DNA of 64,000 nucleotides, from the sequence record NC_047880.1, one strand, 5' to 3'. This document shows positions 46,235 through 55,401 of this stretch, piece after piece. The notes beneath the pieces were generated by a model that saw only the letters and a program-made list of their open reading frames with translations, searched no databases and had not been told where the DNA came from. Positions within the stretch are counted from its first letter, which is position 1. Each line of letters begins with the position of its first letter. The translations under genes and the position numbers were made by a program.

Positions 46235-47347
46235 CTATACTTTCCTGCTCTCAATATCTTTCTGCGGAACGTAGCGATTTTCGAAGTATTTCGCTACTAC
46301 ATCAAACCCATTTAACGTATAAACGTTACGCAGGCTAGCACCCCACACCATTAACTCAGCCAGTGTTGCAAAATGCTCAGTCGGTACTGATCGCACTTGC
46401 CGCGTGAGAGAATCTGGGTGTATCTTCTTACCGCGAATCGCCTGTTCGAATCGCATACGCTCTACGTTACGCAGCATCGTATGGTCAACAAAGTGGGCTA
46501 ATTCGTGGGTGATAACGTGAGCCACTGACAGGCTATTGAAGCCACCGAAATACTTAATAAGCTGTTTCGGGTCAATGGTTATCGCGCCGTACATAAAGCC
46601 ATGCACTGGATAGGTAACGATGTGACTACCGATATCCGAGTTCTCTTTCGACAGACCAACGTATAGACGCTTGAATGGCAGAGGGAAGTTAAGACCAATG
46701 CCGGGCATCACGTTTTCCTGTATGTCTTTCAACACGTAATCAGGAGGACTCACGCCATACTTCTCAAGCTTAGCGCGTGGCACTTGCAAATCATCCAGAC
46801 CAAATACTTCTAAATGCACTTTACCGCACTTAGGTACAGGCTTAACTGCATAGTTATTAGCAGAGCCACCAGAGTAAATAGCTGGAGCATATACAAGCGG
46901 CTTTAAGTTGCCGAAGTCAGGCATATCATCAGCGCGAATACGTTTAGCACGGGCTGTAGCAGCATCGTCTTCCTCATAGGAAGTATCTGATACTGGCTCA
47001 GGTGCGGGTGCAGAAGGCTCAGGCTTTTTAGTCAAGACAACAGGTTTGGGCTTGGGTTTCTGCACAGCTTCGGGCGCTTGTTCTGCAACTTCTGATGGTG
47101 TAAAATTAAAATTTGCAGAAAATAAAGCGTTAGGAGCAGCAGTAAATTTACGACTATTTGCTATGATCATTTCGCCCGAATCACCACTGATTGCAACAGC
47201 TCCAGGGTACTTAGGGTGAGCGATATAGAAGAGAGAATCGTTAGCTTGAATCAGACCAACAACCTCGCGGGGCTCCATGTGAACCCCGTTTGAGATTAGC
47301 TGACCTTTCCCCAAATAACGATAGAAGGAATAATCAGATATGTCCAT
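46235..47347 (-). CDS. Putative zinc metallopeptidase (370 aa)
   Basis: VITHELAHFVD (HExxH) and a downstream EHFA; N-terminal shared domain followed by a Pro-rich linker. Confidence 0.65.
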   Translation of the reverse strand: MDISDYSFYRYLGKGQLISNGVHMEPREVVGLIQANDSLFYIAHPKYPGAVAISGDSGEMIIANSRKFTAAPNALFSANFNFTPSEVAEQAPEAVQKPKPKPVVLTKKPEPSAPAPEPVSDTSYEEDDAATARAKRIRADDMPDFGNLKPLVYAPAIYSGGSANNYAVKPVPKCGKVHLEVFGLDDLQVPRAKLEKYGVSPPDYVLKDIQENVMPGIGLNFPLPFKRLYVGLSKENSDIGSHIVTYPVHGFMYGAITIDPKQLIKYFGGFNSLSVAHVITHELAHFVDHTMLRNVERMRFEQAIRGKKIHPDSLTRQVRSVPTEHFATLAELMVWGASLRNVYTLNGFDVVAKYFENRYVPQKDIESRKV

Positions 47348-47348
47348 A

Positions 47349-48131
47349 TTAACCCATTCTCATTAAGTGCTCTTTGTAAGTAGCAGCACATGCGAAGGCT
47401 GGGTCATCAACAGAACTACACTCGAAGCCTGTAAGAACCTTACAGTCACGATAAGCAAGACGACCAGTGCGAGCGTCGAGATGCGTAGGCTTGTTGAAGG
47501 ATGTATGCGAGCAGAAGTTTCTGGCGCGTGGGGTAACGAGTTCACCGCAGATAGAACATTTATAAGCACGGTAGGTAGTACCCTTGCTGTACGTGTTCAG
47601 GTCACCGCTAAGAATTCGGTCACAGCGTTCTGGACAACGAGTTCTGTCAAACGCCAGCAGCAGAGTCAGACGAGCATGATTGCCACGGAAGTTTTTCAGC
47701 TTAGACATATCGCTATCGAAGATAATGCCCATAGCCTGACGAATATCTTTGTTGTTGTGCTCAATGAACGTCGGCTTACCGATAAACGTTTTATACGCCA
47801 ATCGGCCTTGGTCTGGGTTGAATGAAAGCCATTCTTGCAGACTGAATGCGTCACCGTTAGTGTTCGGCAGTTCAGTGATATTCACAGGAACAGGTACTAC
47901 GATGTAGTCACGAATATCGCGTGAGGTGTTGTAGATCTCAGCGGCTTTCGGCAACCACACGTTAACGTCGAGATTGAAGGAGCCTGTCTGGATTCCGAAG
48001 CGAGAGGCATCAACACGAATCGACTTAGCTGTTTTGCTAACGTCTTCTTTGTGCATATCAATCGCGTTCATCCCTACAAGACCCACATCCGATACGTCAA
48101 ACGACTCGGAACGAACGGGCTTGCCCATCAT
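47349..48131 (-). CDS. Prohead maturation protease (260 aa)
   Basis: GKPTFIEHNN (His), YSKG (Ser) and FECSSVDDPAF pattern of phage prohead serine proteases; head-module position. Confidence 0.75.
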   Translation of the reverse strand: MMGKPVRSESFDVSDVGLVGMNAIDMHKEDVSKTAKSIRVDASRFGIQTGSFNLDVNVWLPKAAEIYNTSRDIRDYIVVPVPVNITELPNTNGDAFSLQEWLSFNPDQGRLAYKTFIGKPTFIEHNNKDIRQAMGIIFDSDMSKLKNFRGNHARLTLLLAFDRTRCPERCDRILSGDLNTYSKGTTYRAYKCSICGELVTPRARNFCSHTSFNKPTHLDARTGRLAYRDCKVLTGFECSSVDDPAFACAATYKEHLMRMG

Positions 48132-48138
48132 GTTCTCC

Positions 48139-48555
48139 CTATTGGAATTTGTTGATGTTATCTTGGCTCTGGTTTGCTAAACGCACACAGGCTTCTTCAA
48201 CTTGGAACGAATTAACGCCGTCAAGTTCAGTCAGCCAATAGCGCAAGCGACCATTTGAAATTACTGCACTATCAACATATGCAGGGATTTCAACACCAAT
48301 ATCTTTGAGACGCACCATAACTTCAACGCCTGGGTAAAACACATCAAATGACTTCGTACTGAAAATCGGTTTGACGATTTGTTCTTCCTTCACAGGGTGC
48401 TGCGCATAGCGGCTGGTAACCATATACACAGCTTCATCGGCAACAATGAGAATCGAGTTGATAGTACCACGAAGAATGCAAGGACTGCAATGCTCAGAAG
48501 GTACTTCGTATGAAATGATATCCCCGATGTTATACGCAAACGAGAACTGTGGCAT
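48139..48555 (-). CDS. Hypothetical protein with two SH3/KOW-like repeats (138 aa)
   Basis: YNIGD.I...G.I.SI.I and FYPG.EV.V...AYV.S..I repeats. Confidence 0.65.
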   Translation of the reverse strand: MPQFSFAYNIGDIISYEVPSEHCSPCILRGTINSILIVADEAVYMVTSRYAQHPVKEEQIVKPIFSTKSFDVFYPGVEVMVRLKDIGVEIPAYVDSAVISNGRLRYWLTELDGVNSFQVEEACVRLANQSQDNINKFQ

Positions 48556-48557
48556 GA

Positions 48558-49415
48558 TTAACCTCTCAATGCACTACGCGCCCATGACTTAGCAAACGCA
48601 AGAGTCATACGGCTTGGGTTCTGCAATTTAACTTCGCCCTTATGCACGGCAGTGAACGGTTCATTCGGGTTCGTACCACGACCAGAACGATACGCTGCTT
48701 CATTGAATCCATCAAACAAGGTAACTACCCAGCCTGTAGATTTGTCAGAGCATTCACCACATGCAGGATCCCAGCTTACTTTGCCACAAGGCTTTCCACC
48801 AGATGATACAACGTAACTCAAACGATCAGAATCGCTGTACACGTTTTTGCTTTTGTTCGCTTTGAACGTGATACGGGATGCTGATTCAGAACGAGGCATC
48901 ATCTTTTGTTTCAGCGCTTCGACGTCGATCGAGGACCAGTACGATTCAAACAGAGTTACCAGCTTCTGTTCAATAGGCAGGTCCACTGCATTCATCTGCA
49001 CGATAGTGGATGATGCGTCATCGATCACACGGTTAACAAAGTATGCACCAAGCACGATTGGAAGTTGCACACCTTGAGAACCTGCTGTCAGACCAGAGCG
49101 CTTGCAGTAGATATCAGCAAGACCAATAGAAAGACGCACAAGAACCTTGAACGTCTCTTTTTCAGTTGTTCCAGACAGCTCCGTAAGAATGCGTGAGGCA
49201 ATCGCAGGCACTACTGTGCGTTTTGCAACGCTGGTGATATCTTCGGGTTTGAAACTTGTGCCGAGTCGCTTACGCGCTGCGAGTTCAAAAGCATTCGTCA
49301 GACTAGCTTTGTTCGCTGTCGTCAGTGCTTCGCTCAACTTCTCCAACGTGCGCTCCGTCCCGTTGATGATCGACACTGGCTTCTGAGCCATTTTCCGTTT
49401 CGCTACTTTCGCCAT
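48558..49415 (-). CDS. Hypothetical protein (285 aa)
   Basis: AGGAG RBS inside the upstream gene; helical N-domain, PRSESAS linker and a beta C-domain. Confidence 0.75.
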   Translation of the reverse strand: MAKVAKRKMAQKPVSIINGTERTLEKLSEALTTANKASLTNAFELAARKRLGTSFKPEDITSVAKRTVVPAIASRILTELSGTTEKETFKVLVRLSIGLADIYCKRSGLTAGSQGVQLPIVLGAYFVNRVIDDASSTIVQMNAVDLPIEQKLVTLFESYWSSIDVEALKQKMMPRSESASRITFKANKSKNVYSDSDRLSYVVSSGGKPCGKVSWDPACGECSDKSTGWVVTLFDGFNEAAYRSGRGTNPNEPFTAVHKGEVKLQNPSRMTLAFAKSWARSALRG

Positions 49416-50520
49416 TGGAGACTGTCTCCTGTTGTTGCGGCTGTTGCAGTAAAGCTAACAAGCCAGAGTTCGTGATTGCAGCAGTCACGTCTTCGTTTCG
49501 GTGAAGACTTAATTGCGCAAGGTAGTTAAGAGCTTGTTCAACAAGACCCAGATTGCGACAACCCCAATAAGCGAGATCGTAACATAGGTCTAAATTAATA
49601 GAAGTCTGGTCAAACAAGAAACTTTTTGGATTCTGTTGTACAGTGCTGATCCCTTGAATAGCGAAAGAAACTGCACTGACATTATCACCACGACGATAGA
49701 AGATATCGCCAAGCATCGCATAACATTCAACGCGGTCAGGTCTGTATGCAATAGCTTTATAACAGGCGTCGATTGATTCCTGAGTGAAGCCTTGCATGAA
49801 CAGAGCTTTAGACAGTTCAAGGTTAGCAATCGAAACGTAATCGTTCCAGCGAGCAATGCCCTGTAGACGAGCTACTTCGCGGCGAGCATCATCAAGCAAG
49901 TCCGCCTGTCCGCCTTGCACTGCATAGCACAGTTCACGCGCATAGTAGAAACTGCAACGATCTTCATGAGGCCAATCACCGACGTCACGCGCAAGCTCCA
50001 TGAGATAACCACGAGGCTTACTGTAATCAGGGAAGTGGTCAGTTGCAAACTCTGCACGTACTGTAGCAATGCGTTGAGGATTCTTGCTCAACAGGACTTC
50101 ATGCGCACGATAGCGCCAGCCATACGAACGACGGCGATACGCCTTCATTTGATCGTAGTGACTATCACCGTTACGCATCAGAATCCAAACAGCTTCGGCT
50201 TGATCAATATCTTTGATATCTCGAAGCGACTCAACCCAATCAGGATCGTCAAATCGCTCGTCGATATCAAGCCAGACAACAAGGTCATCTTCTGAGAAAG
50301 GTGTAGCGGCCAGTTCACGACTTGCAGCGAGATTGCGTTCTTCCGACACGTCAAACATGTGGTAGATATTGCTGTGTGCGAATCGTGAGATAATGTCGGT
50401 AGTTGAGTCCGTACTGCCTGTATCAACAATGCTGATAGCATCGGCTTTCGATACATGCTGCAAGAATTCAGCCATGTTCTTTTCTTCATTACGGCAGATA
50501 GCCGCTACACAAATTCTCAT
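49303..50520 (-). CDS. Glycosyltransferase family 2 with TPR C-terminus (405 aa)
   Basis: ICRNEE, IVDTGSTDST, WLDIDE (DxD) and YR.HE motifs, then TPR-like helices (YKAIAYRPDRVECYAMLG). Confidence 0.88.
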   Translation of the reverse strand: MRICVAAICRNEEKNMAEFLQHVSKADAISIVDTGSTDSTTDIISRFAHSNIYHMFDVSEERNLAASRELAATPFSEDDLVVWLDIDERFDDPDWVESLRDIKDIDQAEAVWILMRNGDSHYDQMKAYRRRSYGWRYRAHEVLLSKNPQRIATVRAEFATDHFPDYSKPRGYLMELARDVGDWPHEDRCSFYYARELCYAVQGGQADLLDDARREVARLQGIARWNDYVSIANLELSKALFMQGFTQESIDACYKAIAYRPDRVECYAMLGDIFYRRGDNVSAVSFAIQGISTVQQNPKSFLFDQTSINLDLCYDLAYWGCRNLGLVEQALNYLAQLSLHRNEDVTAAITNSGLLALLQQPQQQETVSNGESSETENGSEASVDHQRDGAHVGEVERSTDDSEQS

Positions 50521-50533
50521 ACATGCCTCTTAA

Positions 50534-51451
50534 TTAAACAAGAATGTTTCCGCTGTCCCACCACTTCTTGCCGTAGATATCAGACACACGGTAGGTAAGC
50601 ACAGTTGGTTGGTCGAGATCGACTTGAGTTATATAGCGGCCTAAGGCTGCACTCCATACTGTTTTCTCCTCAGTATAAAGTTTAATGTCGATTTCGATAT
50701 CACCTTGAGATCGTTTAGGCAGGAAGGGATGTGAGAAGTCAGCATCAAAACCTTCGCCGATAGTATCATCAAAGTATGTGTACGCTTGAATCTCACTCGC
50801 AGTATTGTAGACAGTAGGCGCATACACCATACGGTTATAGTACGATGTGTAATCCGCATACGTGCTCTGCATTAAAATTCTGCGCTTGTAGATTCGCTTA
50901 ACGCCTTTGCTGTCTGTCTCGGCACGGTACTGATTGTAGAACCAGCTAATCTCCGTGAACTTGACAGGCTTCAACTGCGCTTGTCCTGCTGCATAACGAT
51001 AGAACGGATATGCAGTGAATCTGTGATATGTCTTCTCCGCATTCTTACGATAAAGCAAGACACGGAAAGTATACCACTGGTACACGTCGAGCGTAATCGT
51101 ACCGCTATCTGATTGCTGCGTACCGTTAGTCAGGACGTAATCGAAACAGTCACCACCAACGTAACCACTTCGAGGGCTGTAGATAAACGCATCGTTAAAT
51201 GTATTGAGGCGCACAGTACCTAACAGCGGGTCATTTATTTTAATCGCGTTAAGACGCCAACCACGCTGGGCGGGCACCTTATCGAGAACTCCCTCTGTCG
51301 GGCTGTGCTTTGTCAATTCATCACGAGCGCCCTGTATGATTTGCTCAAGCGTGATCTCCGTATCAGTGGAGTTACGCACTTGAACAGTAATGTTCGGAGC
51401 TACTGGTTTATAGTTGCGCCAATAGTCGAACGTACAAGGCTTCGCAAGCAT
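50534..51451 (-). CDS. Virion structural protein with an Ig/cadherin-like domain (305 aa)
   Basis: P..GTV.L...AFIYSP..GYVGGDCFDYVLTNG tandem-95/Big-like motif. Confidence 0.65.
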   Translation of the reverse strand: MLAKPCTFDYWRNYKPVAPNITVQVRNSTDTEITLEQIIQGARDELTKHSPTEGVLDKVPAQRGWRLNAIKINDPLLGTVRLNTFNDAFIYSPRSGYVGGDCFDYVLTNGTQQSDSGTITLDVYQWYTFRVLLYRKNAEKTYHRFTAYPFYRYAAGQAQLKPVKFTEISWFYNQYRAETDSKGVKRIYKRRILMQSTYADYTSYYNRMVYAPTVYNTASEIQAYTYFDDTIGEGFDADFSHPFLPKRSQGDIEIDIKLYTEEKTVWSAALGRYITQVDLDQPTVLTYRVSDIYGKKWWDSGNILV

Positions 51452-51453
51452 AG

Positions 51454-53400
51454 TTACTCCAGTTTGTATTTGCTCTTGAACTCCGCCAGGCCCATAACAG
51501 GAATGCCTTTATCCATAGCTTTCTGGAGTTTAGCACTACCAGAACCTGGGTCTTTGGCGATAAGAATCGAAGTATCTGCTTTCATGCTGTCGGACGCTGT
51601 GCCACCAAGCTCAACAATACGCTGCATCAGTTCACGATCACGAATACCAGTGAACGCTACGTTGACGCCTTTGAGCTTGGAGCTTGTCACTTTGATCTTC
51701 TTCGGAGCAACTAACGTCACACCGATTTCAACCGCAAGCAGATAAGACTTAACAGCAGCCTCTGCAATCTGAGGTGCAAGCTTATCGACACCGTGCATAC
51801 TGTTGATCTTAATCGCCAGTTCAGCAGTCTTTCCTTTCTTGAGGTACTGCTCAAGGTTCGGAATGGCATCAACAACTTTGTCAAACGTGGTGTTAGCGCC
51901 GCGCATAAAGAATGATGCAGTAGCTTTCAACCACGTATTCATCGGCACACCAACTTTCAGCGTCTTGAGATCTTTAGCAAGCTGACGACCACGAGAGTCA
52001 CCAACAATCTCACGCAGAGAAACCATAGGCGTCATGAATAACTGTTGCGGTGTTTTGATGCCAGAAGCGACAAGCTGTTTGCATGTGCCTGGGCCTGTGT
52101 TCGCAACATCAAGTCCTTTCAAGAACGAACCCAGCAGACGGGAATCACCAGCACTTGTCTTCTCTTTCGCAACATACTCAACGCCGTTAACTTTATACTG
52201 AACGCTAGGCAGTTTGGGCTTAGAAGCAGGCTTGATGATTTCCATTATCCACGGGATTACTTTGCCGCTACGAATCAACTTAACTTTAGCACCAGGACCG
52301 AGTGGACGTTTCTTGCCGAGCACTGCACCTTTCTTCTTAGGCTTGAGATAGCCATGCTCAACATAAAAACCGTTGTGCGCAGAAGCACGTTCGACAGTAA
52401 CACCGCCAGGCATGATAGTTGGCGGGAAGATTGCAACAGGAGCAAGCACACCGTACTTAGACTCCTGATAGATGATATCTTTCACTGTTACGATCACAGT
52501 GTCCGACTCAACATTCATCTTAAACTTGAACGCATGTTTCGGGTTTGATGCAGTAGACTTAGGCGAAGGTACATCACGGGTCAGCACGATACCGTCGAGT
52601 TCATACTTGGCTTTTGCCAGTCGTTTCTCCAGCCACTCAACAAGTTCTTGAGGGTCAGAGAAACGAAGAGGACCGAAGTTACGAACAACCTCGAATCCCC
52701 AACGCTCAAGCATAGCGAATTGTTTCGACTGCTTATCCGTAGCACCTTTACCGCCAATGATTCCGAAGCACACCATATGGACGTACTTGAATTCTTTGGC
52801 AGTCTCGAAGTTACGCACAAGACCGGACGCAGCATTACGCGCTGCTTTAAAGCGACCGCCATTCGATTCGTGCATCTTAGACATGAACGTTTTGAACGGG
52901 ATAAGCGCTTCACAGCGAATAATGACCTGACCCTTCTGCGGTATCTTTTGAGGAATACGCATAGAAGGGATGTGGTGCGATACGTCCTTACCGTGCGTAG
53001 CATCGCCACGAGTGTACGCAGCAACAGGTACTCCGTTCTCATAAACAAGTTCAATGCTCAGACCATCAAGCTTATCAGTCAGCACCCACTCCACATCTTC
53101 TGCGAGAGCTTTGGCTATCTGTTTCCCTTCAAGCGTATACTGGTCGAGGCTGGCCATTGGTACAGGCAGCTTAACATCTTCATCCGAGCGAGCACCCACT
53201 TTGAGTGCAAGCTTAGACTTAGGCCAGCGATTGGTTATGTAATTCCTGATTGCATCGTAGACAGCATCGGACACAAGGCCCTCAGAGTCAGTGTGAAACG
53301 CATCATCCAGATGCGCCACTAACTTGGTTGCCTGCGTCAGATTGAGCGTGTCGAGAATCTTTTGAGGACTCTTCTCTAAGCGCTTCAATGATATTTGCAT
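51454..53400 (-). CDS. ligA: NAD-dependent DNA ligase (648 aa from MQISLK)
   Basis: VSDAVYD (domain Ia), KLDG adenylation motif, TRGD, YELDGIV, AFK, OB fold and C-terminal BRCT (VAFTG...GSGSAKLQKA); start placed at the GGAG-preceded ATG 53400. Confidence 0.95.
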   Translation of the reverse strand: MQISLKRLEKSPQKILDTLNLTQATKLVAHLDDAFHTDSEGLVSDAVYDAIRNYITNRWPKSKLALKVGARSDEDVKLPVPMASLDQYTLEGKQIAKALAEDVEWVLTDKLDGLSIELVYENGVPVAAYTRGDATHGKDVSHHIPSMRIPQKIPQKGQVIIRCEALIPFKTFMSKMHESNGGRFKAARNAASGLVRNFETAKEFKYVHMVCFGIIGGKGATDKQSKQFAMLERWGFEVVRNFGPLRFSDPQELVEWLEKRLAKAKYELDGIVLTRDVPSPKSTASNPKHAFKFKMNVESDTVIVTVKDIIYQESKYGVLAPVAIFPPTIMPGGVTVERASAHNGFYVEHGYLKPKKKGAVLGKKRPLGPGAKVKLIRSGKVIPWIMEIIKPASKPKLPSVQYKVNGVEYVAKEKTSAGDSRLLGSFLKGLDVANTGPGTCKQLVASGIKTPQQLFMTPMVSLREIVGDSRGRQLAKDLKTLKVGVPMNTWLKATASFFMRGANTTFDKVVDAIPNLEQYLKKGKTAELAIKINSMHGVDKLAPQIAEAAVKSYLLAVEIGVTLVAPKKIKVTSSKLKGVNVAFTGIRDRELMQRIVELGGTASDSMKADTSILIAKDPGSGSAKLQKAMDKGIPVMGLAEFKSKYKLE

Positions 53401-53441
53401 GAGTATCTCCACGTATCGTCGTAACACTGTTATTTACAGCA

Positions 53442-55322
53442 TTAGCTGGCGATAGGGTCTTTATTCACAGGATAATCTTCCACAATATCGTAGACTTTAT
53501 TGAACAGCTTCGGAGCCATGTCTTTGACATGTTCTGCGTAGTCGAACAGGTTCTGTTTACGAGCGCGGTTGATACGCACCTGACGAACTTCGTCTGGACT
53601 ATTCGTGATATCGTACACGGTGTACGTCACGATGTTATCAGACTTCTCGTGGGTACTCACTTTGACGATAAGCCAATCGCGATTCAGTTTAACGTCAGCA
53701 CGGAATTTAACTACGTCACCTTCCTCTGGTTCTTCTGCACGTTGAGACGGCGTGGATTTGTTTTCGGCGGCAATCTTCTTCGCAGTCTCGGCAGCTTCTT
53801 TCTCTGCTGCGGCCACATCGGAATCACCATCTTCATCAGCTCCTGTTTCGTCTACGGCGTCAGAGGCATCGGCGTCTTCGCTATCTTCATCTGCTGAATC
53901 ATCTCCTGCGTCGTCGTCCTCGCTATCATCCAAGGATTCGTCTCCGGAATCGTCATCAGATTCAGCGTCGGATTCTTCGTCATCAGCATTATCGACGTCG
54001 GGATCACTATCGCTAGTATCTTCTTCTTCATCGTCAGACTCCTCTTCCTCAGGTTCTTCCTCTTCTGCGTCGGGCTCAACGGCAGCAGGCTTAGCTTTCT
54101 TCGAACGCACTTTAGACGGTGGAGGTGTTTCTTCTTCATCGTCTTCGGGTTCATCCATGTCAGACAAGTCGAACTCAGGATCAACTTCATCGTGAGTATC
54201 ATCACCGCCAAACAGAGAGCCGATAGTGTCTTCGATGTTATGCGTGTCACCAGCAAAAGGACTTCTGCCAATGATATCACCCATGCGCTGTTCGTTCTCG
54301 TCAATCTCAACATCAAGGTCAATATCGTGATCGAAGTCTTCATCCAGATCATGTTCCAAATCTTCTTCCTCTTCGAGTGCTTCATGCTCGATGATTCGGG
54401 AGTTACGACGACGCTTGTCCAGTTCAGGTGAATCCTGATAGATGGTATTAACGTCACGCTTAGGTGCTTCGATTTCACCACTGCGAATCTTGCGGCGCAT
54501 CTCTTTCAGTTCAGCTTCTTCGGCTGCATTAGCATTACGCTGTGCCGTCGAAATTTCTTTCTGCTGCTGTTTACGTTCAAGAATACGCGCACGATCTGCA
54601 AGGCGAATTGCTTCGCGCTCTTCCGCTTCGGAACGACGACGATTCTTTTTAGCGGACTTGCGATATGCAATCACAGCCTCAGCGTCAACAGAACCTTCTG
54701 GCCATTCTTGATACGGAATGATGTTCGTGTCTGCAACGAATTTATCGAACTCGTCATCAGGCACAAGCAGATACAGACCATCAGTATTTACAAGCACACC
54801 GCCTTTACCCTGACGTTTGAAGCGAACGCCAATCATATCATTGCGATGAAACTTGACGATACCTTTAGAAGTCTTCACAGCGTAATCATTCGTTGGTACC
54901 ATGCGCCATTGATAGCTCGCAAAGTTGATACCATTGACTGACTCGTTAGGGACCTTCTTCGGTTGGAATCGTGCCTGATCGAAGTTAGTGCGATTGATAA
55001 GACGTGAAAGTGTTTTAGCACCAGCAGTCTTCACACGACCTTCGTTCTTGACGATCTCAGGAGTCTTGCGCATCTTCGAACTACGATCCATCAAGAACTT
55101 ACCTGTCTGCATATCGAGAGGGAAATCAATATGCGGGATATCTGGGAAAATCAAAGTATAGCGGCTGCCGTTACGCAGAGGCAGTATGCCGAAGATATCG
55201 CCCTCACGAATCATTCGCTTATGAGTGCGCTGCGATACTTCTTTGCCACGGGACCCTGTGAACTTGAGCCACGCGTACTTCGATACTGCATCATCATAAG
55301 ATGCGGATTCGGAGAGTACCAT
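53442..55322 (-). CDS. Acidic, possibly head-internal protein (626 aa)
   Basis: MVLSESAS start, two copies of the shared domain, a coiled coil, a long D/E tract and a C-terminal SH3-like domain. Confidence 0.7.
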   Translation of the reverse strand: MVLSESASYDDAVSKYAWLKFTGSRGKEVSQRTHKRMIREGDIFGILPLRNGSRYTLIFPDIPHIDFPLDMQTGKFLMDRSSKMRKTPEIVKNEGRVKTAGAKTLSRLINRTNFDQARFQPKKVPNESVNGINFASYQWRMVPTNDYAVKTSKGIVKFHRNDMIGVRFKRQGKGGVLVNTDGLYLLVPDDEFDKFVADTNIIPYQEWPEGSVDAEAVIAYRKSAKKNRRRSEAEEREAIRLADRARILERKQQQKEISTAQRNANAAEEAELKEMRRKIRSGEIEAPKRDVNTIYQDSPELDKRRRNSRIIEHEALEEEEDLEHDLDEDFDHDIDLDVEIDENEQRMGDIIGRSPFAGDTHNIEDTIGSLFGGDDTHDEVDPEFDLSDMDEPEDDEEETPPPSKVRSKKAKPAAVEPDAEEEEPEEEESDDEEEDTSDSDPDVDNADDEESDAESDDDSGDESLDDSEDDDAGDDSADEDSEDADASDAVDETGADEDGDSDVAAAEKEAAETAKKIAAENKSTPSQRAEEPEEGDVVKFRADVKLNRDWLIVKVSTHEKSDNIVTYTVYDITNSPDEVRQVRINRARKQNLFDYAEHVKDMAPKLFNKVYDIVEDYPVNKDPIAS

Positions 55323-55356
55323 GTTATTGTCTCTTTAGTTGTACGAACACTCATTG

Positions 55357-55363
55357 AAATTAG
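55357..55363 (-). promoter_or_regulatory. CTAATTT candidate late-promoter motif
   Basis: Between a terminator and ATG 55322 (about 35 nt upstream). Confidence 0.55.
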
Positions 55364-55372
55364 ATATACCGA

Positions 55373-55401
55373 AAAGGAAAAGCGGGATTTAACCCCCGCT
55401 C
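55373..55401 (-). terminator. Intrinsic terminator overlapping the stop of the 1396-aa gene
   Basis: AGCGGGG-GTTAAA-TCCCGCT-TTTCCTTTT. Confidence 0.75.

Noticed and set aside
21393-53427. Longest-ORF starts at 21500, 21859, 26219, 26782, 38405 and 53427
   Set aside because: These extensions overlap upstream genes or terminators; downstream starts at 21392, 21811, 26183, 26686, 38297 and 53400 have RBSs or stop-start coupling.
23341-53439. CTGTAAATA as a second promoter class (23341-23349 and 53431-53439)
   Set aside because: It resembles T4 TATAAATA and precedes the candidate RNA and the ligase, but it also occurs inside coding regions (about 10826 and 33360), so two intergenic hits are too few to call a feature.
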